This document shows positions 1-15,700 of a stretch of DNA of 64,000 nucleotides, in pieces. The DNA comes from Eledone cirrhosa (Eukaryota), in assembly GCA_964016885.1 (NCBI GenBank), contig CAXHJY010000955.1, forward strand, positions 130,056 through 194,055, given 5' to 3'. The notes under the pieces were generated by a model. The model searched no databases. It was given only the letters and a program-made list of their open reading frames with translations, and was not told the DNA's origin. The translations under genes were made by a program, and so were the position numbers. Each line of letters begins with the position of its first letter. Position 1 is the first letter of the stretch.

Positions 1-3000
1 GGAATAGAAATATATTGGTGTAAAGTTGGGAATAGAAATATATTGGTGTAAAGTTGGGAATAGAAATATATTGGTGTAAAGTTGGAATAGAAATATATTG
101 GAGTAAAGTTGGGAATAGAAATATATTGGTGTAAAGTTGGGAATAGAAATATATTGGTGTAAAGTTGGAATAGAAATAAATTGGAATAAAGTTGGGAATA
201 GAAATATATTGGTGTAAAGTTGGAATAGAAATATATTGGTGTAAAGTTGGAATAGAAATATATTGGTGTAAAGTTGGAAATAGAAATATATTGGTGTAAA
301 GTTGGAATAGAAATATATTGGTGTAAAGTTGGGTATAGAAATATATTGGTGTAAAGTTGGAATAGAAATATATGGTGTAAAGTTGGAATAGAAATATATT
401 GGTGTAAATTAGAATAGAAATATATTGGTGTAAAATTGGGAATAGAAATATATTGGTGAATAGTTGGGAATAGAAATACATCGGTGGAATGTTGGGAATA
501 GAAATATATTGGTGTAAAGTTGGGAATAGAAATATATTGGTGTAAAGTTGGAATAGAAATATATTGGTGTAAAGTTGGAATAGAAATATATTGGTGTAAA
601 GTTGGAAATAGAAATATATTGGTGTAAAGTTGGAATAGAAATATATTGGTGTAAAGTTGGGTATAGAAATATATTGGTGTAAAGTTGGAATAGAAATATA
701 TGGTGTAAAGTTGGAATAGAAATATATTGGTGTAAAGTTAGAATAGAAATATATTGGTGTAAAATTGGGAATAGAAATATATTGGTGAATAGTTGGGAAT
801 AGAAATATATCGGTGGAATGTTGGGAATAGAAATATATTGGTGTAAAGTTGGGAATAGAAATATTTTGGTGTAAAGTTGGGAATAGAAATATATTGGTGT
901 AAATTTGGAATAGAAATATATTGGTGTAAATTTGGGAATAGAAATATATTGGTGTAAAGTTGGAATAGAAATATACTGGTGTAAAGTTGGGAATAGAAAT
1001 ATATTGGAGTAAGGTTGAAATAGAAATATATTGGTGTAAATTTGGGAATAGAAATATGTTGGTGTAAAGTTGGGAATAGAAATATATTGGTGTAAAGTTG
1101 GGAATAGAAATATATTGGTGTAAAGTTGGAATAGAAATATATTGGTGTAAAGTTGGTATAGAAATATAATGGTGTAAAGTTGGGAATAGAAATATATTGG
1201 TGCAAAGTTGGGAATAGAAATATATTGGTGCAAAGTTGGGAATAGAAATATATTGGAGCAAAGTTGGGAATAGAAATATATTGGTGTAAAGTTGGGAATA
1301 GAAATATATTGGAGTAAGGTTGGAATAGAAATATATTGGTGTAATGTTGGAATAGAAATATATTGGTGGAAAGTTGGGAATAGAAATATATTGGTGTAAA
1401 GTTGGGAATAGAAATATATTGGTGTAAAGTTGGAATAGAAATATATTGGTGTTAAGTTGGAATAGAAATATATTGGTGTAAAGTTGGAATAGAAATATAT
1501 TGGTGTAAAGTTGGGAATAGAAATATATTGGAGTAAGGTTGAAATAGAAATATATTGGTGTAAAGTTGGGAATAGAAATATATTGGTGTAAAGATGGGAA
1601 TAGAAATATATTGGTGTAAAGTTGGGAATAGAAATATTTTGGTGTAAAGTTGGGAATAGAAATATATTGGTGTAAAGTTGGAATAGAAATATATTGGTGT
1701 AAAGTTGGGAATAGAAATATATTGGTGTAAAGTTGGGAATAGAAATATATTGGTGTAAAGTTGGAATAGAAATATATTGGAGTAAAGTTGGGAATAGAAA
1801 TATATTGGTGTAAAGTTGGGAATAGAAATATATTGGTGTAAAGTTGGAATAGAAATAAATTGGAATAAAGTTGGGAATAGAAATATATTGGTGTAAAGTT
1901 GGAATAGAAATATATTGGTGTAAAGTTGGAATAGAAATATATTGGTGTAAAGTTGGAAATAGAAATATATTGGTGTAAAGTTGGAATAGAAATATATTGG
2001 TGTAAAGTTGGGTATAGAAATATATTGGTGTAAAGTTGGAATAGAAATATATGGTGTAAAGTTGGAATAGAAATATATTGGTGTAAAGTTAGAATAGAAA
2101 TATATTGGTGTAAAATTGGGAATAGAAATATATTGGTGAATAGTTGGGAATAGAAATATATCGGTGGAATGTTGGGAATAGAAATATATTGGTGTAAAGT
2201 TGGGAATAGAAATATATTGGTGTAAAGTTGGAATAGAAATATATTGGTATAAAGTTGGGAATAGAAATATATTGGAGTAAGGTTGAAAAAGATATATAGT
2301 GGTGTAAATTTGGGAATAGAAATATAATGGTGTAAAGTTGGGAATAGAAATATATTGGTGTAAAGTTGGGAATAGAAATATATTGGTGTAAAGTTGGGAA
2401 TAGAAATATATTGGTGTAAAGTTGGAGTAGAAATATGTTGGTGTAAATTTGGAATAGAAATATAATGGTGTAAAGTTGGGAATAGAAATATATTGGTGCA
2501 AAGATGGGAATAGAAATATATTGGAGTAAAGTTGGGAATAGAAATATATTGGTGTAAAGTTGGGAATAGAAATATATTGGAGTAAAGTTGGGAATAGAAA
2601 TATATTGGTGCAAAGTTGGAATAGAAATATATTGGTGTAAAGTTGGAATAGAAATATATTGGTGTAATGTTGGGAATAGAAATATATTGGTGTAAAGTTG
2701 GAATAGAAATATATTGGTGTAAAGTTGGGAATAGAAATATATTGGAGTAAGGTTGGAATAGAAATATATTGGTGTAATGTTGGAATAGAAATATATTGGT
2801 GGAAAGTTGGGAATAAAAATATATTGGTGTAAAGTTGGGAATAGAAATATATTGGTGTAAAGTTGGAATAGAAATATATTGGTGTTAAGTTGGAATAGAA
2901 ATATATTGGTGAAAAGTTGGAATAGAAATATATTGGTGTAAAGTTGGGAATAGAAATATATTGGAGTAAGGTTGAAATAGAAATATATTGGTGTAAAGTT

Positions 3001-3269
3001 GGGAATAGAAATATTTTGGTGTAAAGTTGAGAATAGAAATATATTGGTGTAAAGTTGGAATAGAAATATATTGGTGTAAAGTTGGGAATAGAAATATATT
3101 GGTGTAAAGTTGGGAATAGCAATATGTTGCTGTAAAGTTGGGAATAGAAATATATTGGTGTAAAGTTGGGAATAGAAATATATTGGCGTAAAGTTGGAAT
3201 AGAAATATATTGGAGTAAAGTTGGGAATAGAAATATATTGGTGTAAAGTTGATAATAGAAATATATTGG

Positions 3270-6200
3270 TGTAAAGTTGGAATAGAAATTAATTGGAATA
3301 AAGTTGGGAATAGAAATATATTGGTGTAAAGTTGGAATAGAAATATATTGGTGTAAAGTTGGAATAGAAATATATTGGTGTAAAGTTGGAAATAGAAATA
3401 TATTGGTGTAAAGTTGGAATAGAAATATATTGGTGTAAATTTGGGTATAGAAATATATTCGTGTAAAGTTGGAATAGAAATATATGGTGTAAAGTTGGAA
3501 TAGAAATATATTGGTGTAAAGTTAGATTAGAAATATATTGGTTTAAAATTGGGAATAGAAATATATTGGTGAATAGTTGGGAATAGAAATATATCGGTGG
3601 AATGTTGGGAATAGAAATATATTGGTGTAAAGTTGGGTATAGAAATATATTGGTGTAAAGTTGGAATAGAAATATATTGGTGTAAAGTTGGAATAGAAAT
3701 ATATTGGTGTAAAGTTGGAATAGAAATATATTGGTGTAAAGTTGGGAATAGGAATATATTGGTGTAAAGTTGGAATAGAAATATATTGGTGTAAAGTTAG
3801 GAATAGAAATATATTGGAGGAAGGTTGAAATAGAAATATATTGGTGTAAAGTTGGAATAGAAATATAATGGTGTAAAGTTGGGAATAGAAATATATTGGT
3901 GTAAAGTTGGGAATAGAAATATATTGGTGTAAAGTTGGAATAGAAATAAACTGGTGTAAAGTTAGGAATAGAAATATATTGGAGTAAGGTTGAAATAGAA
4001 ATATATTGGTGTAAAGTTGGAATAGAAATATATTGGTGTAAAGTTGGGAATAGAAATATATTGGTGTAAAGTTGGGAATAGAAATATTTTGGTGTAAAGT
4101 TGAAATAGAAATATATTGGTGTAAAATTGGAATAGAAATAGCTTGCTGTAAAGTTGGGAATAGAAATATATTGGAATGAGGTTGGAATAGAAATATATTG
4201 GTGTAAAGTTAGAATAGAAATATATTGGTGTAAAGCTAGGAATAGAAATATATTGGTGTAAAGTTGGGAATAGGAATATATTGGTGCAAAGTTGGAATAG
4301 AAATATATTGGCGTAAAGTTGGGAATAGAAATATATTGGTGTAAAGTTGGGAATAGAAATATATTGGTGCAAAGTTGGAATAGAAATATATTGGCGTAAA
4401 GTTGGGAATAGAAATATATTGGTGTAAAGTTGGGAATAGAAATATATTGGTGCGAAGTTGGAATAGAAATATATTGGTGTAAAGTTGGGAATAGAAATAT
4501 ATTGGAGTAAAGTTGGGAATAGAAATATATTGGTGCAAAGTTGAAATAGAAATATATTGGTGTAAAGTTGGAATAGAAATATATTGGTGTAAAGTTGGAA
4601 TAGAAATATATTGGTGTAATGTTGGGAATAGAAATATATTGGTGTAAAGTTGGAATAGAAATATATTGGTGTATAGTTGGGAATAGAAATATATTGGTGT
4701 AAAGTTGGAACAGAAATATATTGGTGTAAAGTTTGAATAGAAATTAATTGGAATAAAGTTGGGAATAGAAATATATTGGTGTAAAGTTGGAATAGAAATA
4801 TATTGGTGTAAAGTTGGAATAGAAATATATTGGTGTAAATTTGGAAATAGAAATATATTGGTGTAAAGTTGGAATAGAAATATATTGGTGTAAATTTGGG
4901 TATAGAAATATATTGGTGTAAAGTTGGAATAGAAATATATGGTGTAAAGTTGGAATAGAAATATATTGGTGTAAAGTTAGATTAGAAATATATTGGTTTA
5001 AAATTGGGAATAGAAATATATTGGTGAATAGTTGGGAATAGAAATATATCGGTGGAATGTTGGGAATAGAAATATATTGGTGTAAAGTTGGGTATAGAAA
5101 TATATTGGTGTAAAGTTGGAATAGAAATATATTGGTGTAAAGTTGGAATAGAAATATATTGGTGTAAAGTTGGAATAGAAATATATTGGTGTAAAGTTGG
5201 GAATAGGAATATATTGGTGTAAAGTTGGAAGAGAAATATATTGGTGTAAAGTTAGGAATAGAAATATATTGGAGTAAGGTTGAAATAGAAATATATTGGT
5301 GTAAAGTTGGAATAGAAATATAATGGTGTAAAGTTGGGAATAGAAATATATTGGTGTAAAGTTGGAATAGAAATAAACTGGTGTAAAGTTAGGAATAGAA
5401 ATATATTGGAGTAAGGTTGAAATAGAAATATATTGGTGTAAAGTTGGAATAGAAATATATTGGTGTAAAGTTGGGAATAGAAATATATTGGTGTAAAGTT
5501 GGGAAAAGAAATATTTTGGTGTAAAGTTGGAAATAGAAATATATTGGTGTAAAATTGGAATAGAAATAGCTTGCTGTAAAGTTGGGAATAGAAATATATT
5601 GGAATGAGGTTGGAATAGAAATATATTGGTGTAAAGTTAGAATAGAAATATATTGGTGTAAAGCTAGGAATAGAAATATATTGGTGTAAAGTTGGGAATA
5701 GGAATATATTGGTGCAAAGTTGGAATAGAAATATATTGGCGTAAAGTTGGGAATAGAAATATATTGGTGTAAAGTTGGGAATAGAAATATATTGGTGCAA
5801 AGTTGGAATAGAAATATATTGGCGTAAAGTTGGGAATAGAAATATATTGGTGTAAAGTTGGGAATAGAAATATATTGGTGCGAAGTTCGAATAGAAATAT
5901 ATTGGTGTAAAGTTGGGAATAGAAATATATTGGAGTAAAGTTGGGAATAGAAATATATTGGTGCAAAGTTGAAATAGAAATATATTGGTGTAAAGTTGGA
6001 ATAGAAATATATTGGTGTAAAGTTGGAATAGAAATATATTGGTGTAATGTTGGGAATAGAAATATATTGGTGTAAAGTTGGAATAGAAATATATTGGTGT
6101 ATAGTTGGGAATAGAAATATATTGGTGTAAAGTTGGAACAGAAATATATTGGTGTAAAGTTTGAATAGAAATTAATTGGAATAAAGTTGGGAATAGAAAT

Positions 6201-8990
6201 ATATTGGTGTAAAGTTGGAATAGAAATATATTGGTGTAAAGTTGGAATAGAAATATATTGGTGTAAATTTGGAAATAGAAATATATTGGTGTAAAGTTGG
6301 AATAGAAATATATTGGTGTAAATTTGGGTATAGAAATATATTGGTGTAAAGTTGGAATAGAAATATATGGTGTAAAGTTGGAATAGAAATATATTGGTGT
6401 AAAGTTAGATTAGAAATATATTGGTTTAAAATTGGGAATAGAAATATATTGGTGAATAGTTGGGAATAGAAATATATCGGTGGAATGTTGGGAATAGAAA
6501 TATATTGGTGTAAAGTTGGGTATAGAAATATATTGGTGTAAAGTTGGAATAGAAATATATTGGTGTAAAGTTGGAATAGAAATATATTGGTGTAAAGTTG
6601 GAATAGAAATATATTGGTGTAAAGTTGGGAATAGGAATATATTGGTGTAAAGTTGGAAGAGAAATATATTGGTGTAAAGTTAGGAATAGAAATATATTGG
6701 AGTAAGGTTGAAATAGAAATATATTGGTGTAAAGTTGGAATAGAAATATAATGGTGTAAAGTTGGGAATAGAAATATATTGGTGTAAAGTTGGGAATAGA
6801 AATATATTGGTGTAAAGTTGGAATAGAAATAAACTGGTGTAAAGTTAGGAATAGAAATATATTGGAGTAAGGTTGAAATAGAAATATATTGGTGTAAAGT
6901 TGGAATAGAAATATATTGGTGTAAAGTTGGGAATAGAAATATATTGGTGTAAAGTTGGGAATAGAAATATTTTGGTGTAAAGTTGGAAATAGAAATATAT
7001 TGGTGTAAAATTGGAATAGAAATAGCTTGCTGTAAAGTTGGGAATAGAAATATATTGGAATGAGGTTGGAATAGAAATATATTGGTGTAAAGTTAGAATA
7101 GAAATATATTGGTGTAAAGATAGGAATAGAAATATATTGGTGTAAAGTTGGGAATAGGAATATATTGGTGCAAAGTTGGAATAGAAATATATTGGCGTAA
7201 AGGTGGGAATAGAAATATATTGGTGTAAAGTTGGGAATAGAAATATATTGGTGCAAAGTTGGAATAGAAATATATTGGCGTAAAGTTGGGAATAGAAATA
7301 TATTGGTGTAAAGTTGGGAATAGAAATATATTGGTGCGAAGTTGGAATAGAAATATATTGGCGTAAAGTTGGGAATAGAAATATATTGGAGTAAAGTTGG
7401 GAATAGAAATATATTGGTGCAAAGTTGAAATAGAAATATATTGGTGTAAAGTTGGAATAGAAATATATTGGTGTAAAGTTGGAATAGAAATATATTGGTG
7501 TAATGTTGGGAATAGAAATATATTGGTGTAAAGTTGGAATAGAAATATATTGGTGTATAGTTGGGAATAGAAATATATTGGTGTAAAGTTGGAACAGAAA
7601 TATATTGGTGTAAAGTTTGAATAGAAATTAATTGGAATAAAGTTGGGAATAGAAATATATTGGTGTAAAGTTGGAATAGAAATATATTGGTGTAAAGTTG
7701 GAATAGAAATATATTGGTGTAAATTTGGAAATAGAAATATATTGGTGTAAAGTTGGAATAGAAATATATTGGTGTAAATTTGGGTATAGAAATATATTGG
7801 TGTAAAGTTGGAATAGAAATATATGGTGTAAAGTTGGAATAGAAATATATTGGTGTAAAGTTAGATTAGAAATATATTGGTTTAAAATTGGGAATAGAAA
7901 TATATTGGTGAATAGTTGGGAATAGAAATATATCGGTGGAATGTTGGGAATAGAAATATATTGGTGTAAAGTTGGGTATAGAAATATATTGGTGTAAAGT
8001 TGGAATAGAAATATATTGGTGTAAAGTTGGAATAGAAATATATTGGTGTAAAGTTGGAATAGAAATATATTGGTGTAAAGTTGGGAATAGGAATATATTG
8101 GTGTAAAGTTGGAAGAGAAATATATTGGTGTAAAGTTAGGAATAGAAATATATTGGAGTAAGGTTGAAATAGAAATATATTGGTGTAAAGTTGGAATAGA
8201 AATATAATGGTGTAAAGTTGGGAATAGAAATATATTGGTGTAAAGTTGGGAATAGAAATATATTGGTGTAAAGTTGGAATAGAAATAAACTGGTGTAAAG
8301 TTAGGAATAGAAATATATTGGAGTAAGGTTGAAATAGAAATATATTGGTGTAAAGTTGGAATAGAAATATATTGGTGTAAAGTTGGGAATAGAAATATAT
8401 TGGTGTAAAGTTGGGAATAGAAATATTTTGGTGTAAAGTTGGAAATAGAAATATATTGGTGTAAAATTGGAATAGAAATAGCTTGCTGTAAAGTTGGGAA
8501 TAGAAATATATTGGAATGAGGTTGGAATAGAAATATATTGGTGTAAAGTTAGAATAGAAATATATTGGTGTAAAGATAGGAATAGAAATATATTGGTGTA
8601 AAGTTGGGAATAGGAATATATGGGTGCAAAGTTGGAATAGAAATATATTGGCGTAAAGGTGGGAATAGAAATATATTGGTGTAAAGTTGGGAATAGAAAT
8701 ATATTGGTGCAAAGTTGGAATAGAAATATATTGGCGTAAAGTTGGGAATAGAAATATATTGGTGTAAAGTTGGGAATAGAAATATATTGGTGCGAAGTTG
8801 GAATAGAAATATATTGGCGTAAAGTTGGGAATAGAAATATATTGGAGTAAAGTTGGGAATAGAAATATATTGGTGCAAAGTTGAAATAGAAATATATTGG
8901 TGTAAAGTTGGAATAGAAATATATTGGTGTAAAGTTGGAATAGAAATATATTGGTGTAATGTTGGGAATAGAACTATATTGGTGTAAAGT
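3270..8990 (+). repeat. Higher-order repeat, about 4 copies of a 1428-1456 bp unit (52-53 monomers); ends approximate
   Basis: The rare variant GAAATAGCTTGCTGTAAAG has its GCTT at 4141, 5569, 7025 and 8481 (spacing 1428, 1456, 1456). TTAATTGGAATAAAG occurs at 3289, 4744, 6172 and 7628. Confidence 0.9.
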
Positions 8991-10449
8991 TGGAATAGAA
9001 ATATATTGGTGTAAAGTTGGGAATAGAAATATATTGGAGTAAGGTTGGAATAGAAATATATTGGTGTAATGTTGGAATAGAAATATATTGGTGGAAAGTT
9101 GGGAATAAAAATATATTGGTGTAAAGTTGGGAATAGAAATATATTGGTGTAAAGTTGGAATAGAAATATATTGGTGTTAAGTTGGAATAGAAATATATTG
9201 GTGAAAAGTTGGAATAGAAATATATTGGTGTAAAGTTGGGAATAGAAATATATTGGAGTAAGGTTGAAATAGAAATATATTGGTGTAAAGTTGGGAATAG
9301 AAATATTTTGGTGTAAAGTTGAGAATAGAAATATATTGGTGTAAAGTTGGAATAGAAATATATTGGTGTAAAGTTGGGAATAGAAATATATTGGTGTAAA
9401 GTTGGGAATAGAAATATTTTGGTGTAAAGTTGGGAATAGAAATATATTGGTGTAAAGTTGGGAATAGAAATATATTGGCGTAAAGTTGGAATAGAAATAT
9501 ATTGGATTAAAGTTGGGAATAGAAATATATTGGTGTAAAGTTGGGAATAGAAATATATTGGTGTAAAGTTGGAATAGAAATTAATTGGAATAAAGTTGGG
9601 AATAGAAATATATTGGTGTAAAGTTGGAATAGAAATATATTGGTGTAAAGTTGGAATAGAAATATATTGGTGTAAAGTTGGAAATAGAAATATATTGGTG
9701 TAAAGTTGGAATAGAAATATATTGGTGTAAATTTGGGTATAGAAATATATTGGTGTAAAGTTGGAATAGAAATATATGGTGTAAAGTTGGAATAGAAATA
9801 TATTGGTGTAAAGTTAGATTAGAAATATATTGGTTTAAAATTGGGAATAGAAATATATTGGTGTATAGTTGGGAATAGAAATATATCGGTGGAATGTTGG
9901 GAATAGAAATATATTGGTGTAAAGTTGGGTATAGAAATATATTGGTGTAAAGTTGGAATAGAAATATATTGGTGTAAAGTTGGAATAGAAATATATTGGT
10001 GTAAAGTTGGAATAGAAATATATTGGTGTAAAGTTGGGAATAGGAATATATTGGTGTAAAGTTGGAATAGAAATATATTGGTGTAAAGTTAGGAATAGAA
10101 ATATATTGGAGTAAGGTTGAAATAGAAATATATTGGGGTAAAGTTGGAATAGAAATATAATGGTGTAAAGTTGGGAATAGAAATATATTGGTGTAAAGTT
10201 GGGAATAGAAATATATTGGTGTAAAGTTGGAATAGAAATAAACTGGTGTAAAGTTAGGAATAGAAATATATTGGAGTAAGGTTGAAATAGAAATATATTG
10301 GTGTAAAGTTGGAATAGAAATATATTGGTGTAAAGTTGGGAATAGAAATATATTGGTGTAAAGTTGGGAACAGAAATATTTTGGTGTAAAGTTGGAAATA
10401 GAAATATATTGGTGTAAAATTGGAATAGAAATATATTGCTGTAAAGTTG

Positions 10450-12700
10450 GGAATAGAAATATATTGGAATGAGGTTGGAATAGAAATATATTGGTGTAAA
10501 GTTAGAATAGAAATATATTGGTGTAAAGTTAGGAATAGAAATATATTGGTGTAAAGTTGGGAATAGGAATATATTGGTGTAAAGTTGGAATAGAAATATA
10601 TGGTGTAAAGTTGGAATAGAAATACATTGGTGTAAAGTTGGAATAGAAATATATTTGTGTAAAGTTGGAATAGAAATATATTGGTGTAAAGTTGGAATAG
10701 AAATATATTGGTGTAAAGTTGGGAATAGAAATATATTGGTGTAAAGTTGGGAATAGAAATATTTTGGTGTAAAGTTGGGAATAGAAATATATTGGTGTAA
10801 AGTTGGCGATAGAAATATTATGGTGTAAAGTTGGGAATAGAAATATATTGGTGTAAAGTTGGGAACAGAAATATATTGGTGTAAAGTTGGAATAGAAATA
10901 TATTGGTGTATAGTTGGGAATAGAAATATATTGGTGTAAAGTTGGAACAGAAATATATTGGTGTAAAGTTTGAATAGAAATATATTGGTGTAAAGTTGGG
11001 AATAGAAATATGTTGGTGTAAAGTTGGAATAGAAATATATGGTGTAAAGTGGGAATAGAAATATATTGGTGTAAAGTTGGAATTGAAATATATTGGTGTA
11101 AAGTTGGAATAGAAATATATTGGTGTAAAGTTGAGAATAGAAATATATTGGTGTAAAGTTGGAATAGAAATATATTGGTGTAAAGTCGGAATAGAAATAT
11201 ATTGGTGTAAAGTTGGAATAGAAATTTATTGGTCTAAATTTGGAAATAGAAATATATTGGTGTAAAGTTGGGAATAGAAATATATTGGTGTAAAGTTGGG
11301 AATAGAAATATATTGGAGTAAAGTTGGGAATAGAAATATATTGGTGCAAAGTTGGAATAGAAATATATTGGTGTAAAGTTGGGAATAGAAATATATTGGT
11401 GTAAAGTTGGGAATAGAAATATATTGGTGCGAAGTTGGAATAGAAATATATTGGTGTAACGTTGGGAATAGAAATATATTGGAGTAAAGTTGGGAATAGA
11501 AATATATTGGTGCAAAGTTGAAATAGAAATATATTGGTGTAAAGTTGGAATAGAAATATATTGGTGTAAAGTTGGGAATAGAAATATATTGGAATGAGGT
11601 TGGAATAGAAATATATTGGTGTAAAGTTAGAATAGAAATATATTGGTGTAAAGTTAGGAATAGAAATATATTGGTGTAAAGTTGGGAATAGGAATATATT
11701 GGTGTAAAGTTGGAATAGAAATATATGGTGTAAAGTTGGAATAGAAATACATTGGTGTAAAGTTGGAATAGAAATATATTTGTGTAAAGTTGGAATAGAA
11801 ATATATTGGTGTAAAGTTGGAATAGAAATATATTGGTGTAAAGTTGGGAATAGAAATATATTGGTGTAAAGTTGGGAATAGAAATATTTTGGTGTAAAGT
11901 TGGGAATAGAAATATATTGGTGTAAAGTTGGCGATAGAAATATTATGGTGTAAAGTTGGGAATAGAAATATATTGGTGTAAAGTTGGGAACAGAAATATA
12001 TTGGTGTAAAGTTGGAATAGAAATATATTGGTGTATAGTTGGGAATAGAAATATATTGGTGTAAAGTTGGAACAGAAATATATTGGTGTAAAGTTTGAAT
12101 AGAAATATATTGGTGTAAAGTTGGGAATAGAAATATGTTGGTGTAAAGTTGGAATAGAAATATATGGTGTAAAGTGGGAATAGAAATATATTGGTGTAAA
12201 GTTGGAATTGAAATATATTGGTGTAAAGTCGGAATAGAAATATATTGGTGTAAAGTTGAGAATAGAAATATATTGGTGTAAAGTTGGAATAGAAATATAT
12301 TGGTGTAAAGTCGGAATAGAAATATATTGGTGTAAAGTTGGAATAGAAATTTATTGGTCTAAATTTGGAAATAGAAATATATTGGTGTAAAGTTGGGAAT
12401 AGAAATATATTGGTGTAAAGTTGGGAATAGAAATATATTGGAGTAAAGTTGGGAATAGAAATATATTGGTGCAAAGTTGGAATAGAAATATATTGGTGTA
12501 AAGTTGGGAATAGAAATATATTGGTGTAAAGTTGGGAATAGAAATATATTGGTGCGAAGTTGGAATAGAAATATATTGGTGTAACGTTGGGAATAGAAAT
12601 ATATTGGAGTAAAGTTGGGAATAGAAATATATTGGTGCAAAGTTGAAATAGAAATATATTGGTGTAAAGTTGGAATAGAAATATATTGGTGTAAAGTTGG
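10450..12700 (+). repeat. Tandem pair of a 1125-bp higher-order unit; ends approximate
   Basis: Identical ORF-track entries at 11234 and 12359 (offset 1125); shared variants TTTATTGGTCTAAATTT, GGAATTGAAAT and GTAACGTT. Confidence 0.88.
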
Positions 12701-15700
12701 AATAGAAATATATTGGTGTAATGTTGGGAATAGAAATATATTGGTGTAAAGTTGGAATAGAAATATATTGGTGTAAAGTTGGGAATAGAAATATATTGGA
12801 GTAAGGTTGGAATAGTAATATATTGGTGTAAAGTTGGGAATAGAAATATATTGGAGTAAGGTTGAAATAGAAATATATTGGTGTAACGTTGGGAATAGAA
12901 ATATATTGGAGTAAAGTTGGGAATAGAAATATATTGGTGCAAAGTTGAAATAGAAATATATTGGTGTAAAGTTGGAATAGAAATATATTGGTGTAAAGTT
13001 GGAATAGAAATATATTGGTGTAATGTTGGGAATAGAAATATATTGGTGTAAAGTTGGAATAGAAATATATTGGTGTAAAGTTGGGAATAGAAATATATTG
13101 GAGTAAGGTTGGAATAGTAATATATTGGTGTAAAGTTGGGAATAGAAATATATTGGTGTAAAGTTGGGAATAGAAATATTTTGGTGTAAAGTTGGGAATA
13201 GAAATATATTGGTGTAAAGTTGGGAATAGAAATATATTGGTGTAAAGTTGGAATAGAAATATATTGGAGTAAAGTTGGGAATAGAAATATATTGGTGTAA
13301 AGTTGGGAATAGAAATATATTGGTGTAAAGTTGGAATAGAAATTAATTGGAATAAAGTTGGGAATAGAAATATATTGGTGTAAAGTTGGAATAGAAATAT
13401 ATTGGTGTAAAGTTGGAATAGAAATATATTGGTGTAAAGTTGGAAATAGAAATATATTGGTGTAAAGTTGGGATAGAAATATATTGGTGTAAATTTGGGT
13501 ATAGAAATATATTGGTGTAAAGTTGGAATAGAAATATATGGTGTAAAGTTGAAATAGAAATATATTGGTGTAAAGTTAGAATAGAAATATATTGGTTTAA
13601 AATTGGGAATAGAAATATATTGGTGAATAGTTGGGAATAGAAATATATCGGTGGAATGTTGGGAATAGAAATATATTGGTGTAAAGTTGGGTATAGAAAT
13701 GTATTGGTGTAAAGTTGGAATAGAAATATATTGGTGTCAAGTTGGAATAGAAATATATTGGTGTAAAGTTGGGAATAGGAATATATTGGTGTAAAGTTGG
13801 AATAGAAATATATTGGAGTAAGGTTGAAATAGAAATATATTGGTGTAAAGTTGGAATAGAAATATAATGGTGTAAAGTTGGGAATAGAAATATATTGGTG
13901 TAAAGTTGGGAATAGAAATATATTGGTGTAAAGTTGGAATAGAAATATATTGGTGTAAAGTTAGGAATAGAAATATATTGGAGTAAGGTTGAAATAGAAA
14001 TATATTGGTGTAAAGTTGGAATAGAAATATATTGGTGTAAAGGTAGAATAGAAATATATTGGTGTAAAGTTAGGAATAGAAATATATTGGTGTAAAGTTG
14101 GGAATAGGAATATATTGGTGTAAAGTTGGAATAGAAATATATGGTGTAAAGTTGGAATAGAAATACATTGGTGTAAAGTTGGAATAGAAATATATTTGTG
14201 TAAATTTGGAATAGAAATATATTGTTGTAAATTTGGGAATAGAAATATATTGGTGTAAAGTTGGAATAGAAATATATTGGTGTAAAGTTGGAATAGAAAT
14301 ATATTGGTGTAAAGTTGGGAATAGAAATATATTGGTGTAAAGTTGGGAATAGAAATATATAGGTGTAAAGTTGGGAATAGAAATATATTGGAGTAAGGTT
14401 GGAATAGAAATATATTGGTGTAAAGTTGGAATAGAAATATATTGGTGTAAAGTTGGAAATAGAAATATATTGGTGTGAAGTTGGGAATAGAAATAGAATG
14501 GTGTAAAGTTGGAATAGAAATATATTGGTGTAAAGTTGGAATAGAAATATATGGTGTTAAGTTGGAATAGAAATACATTGGTGTAAAGATGGAATAGAAA
14601 TATATTTGTGTAAATTTGGAATAGAAATATATTGGTGTAAATTTGGGAATAGAAATATATTGGTGTAAAGTTGGAATAGAAATATATTGGTGTAAAGTTG
14701 GGAATAGAAATATATTGGAGTAAGGTTGAAATAGAAATATATTGGTGTAAAGTTGGGAATAGAAATATATTGGTGTAAAGTTGGGAATAGAAATATATTG
14801 GTGTAAAGTTAGAATAGAAATATATTGGTGTAAAGTTGGAATAGAAATATATTGGTGTAAAGTTGGAATAGAAATATGTTGGTGTAAAGTTGGAATAGAA
14901 ATATAATGGTGTAAAGTTGGGAATAGAAATATATTGGTGCAAAGTTGGGAATAGAAATATTTTGGTGTAAAGTTGGGAATAGAAATATACTGGTGTAAAG
15001 TTGGCGATAGAAATATTATGGTGTAAAGTTGGGAATAGAAATATATTGGTGTAAAGTTGGGTATAGAAATATATTGGTGTAAAGTTGGAATAGAAATATA
15101 TGGTGTAATGTTGGAATAGAAATATATTGGTGTAAAGTTAGAATAGAAATATATTGGTGTAAAATTGGGAATAGAAATATATTGGTGTAAAGTTGGGAAT
15201 AGAAATATATTGGTGTAAAGTTGGAATAGAAATATATTGGTATAAAGTTGGGAATAGAAATATATTGGAGTAAGGTTGAAAAAGAAATATAGTGGTGTAA
15301 ATTTGGGAATAGAAATATATTGGTGTAAAGTTGGGAATAGAAATATATTGGTGTAAAGTTGGGAATAGAAATATATTGGTGTAAAGTTGGGAATAGAAAT
15401 ATATTGGTGTAAAGTTGGAATAGAAATATGTTGGTGTAAAGTTGGAATAGAAATATAATGGTGTAAAGTTGGGAATAGAAATATATTGGTGCAAAGTTGG
15501 GAATAGAAATATATTGGCGTAAAGTTGGGAATAGAAATATATTGGTGTAAAGTTGGGAATAGAAATATATTGGAGTAAAGTTGGGAATAGAAATATATTG
15601 GTGCAAAGTTGGAATAGAAATATATTGGTGTAAAGTTGGGAATAGAAATATATTGGTGTAAAGTTGGGAATAGAAATATATTGGTGCGAAATTGGAATAG

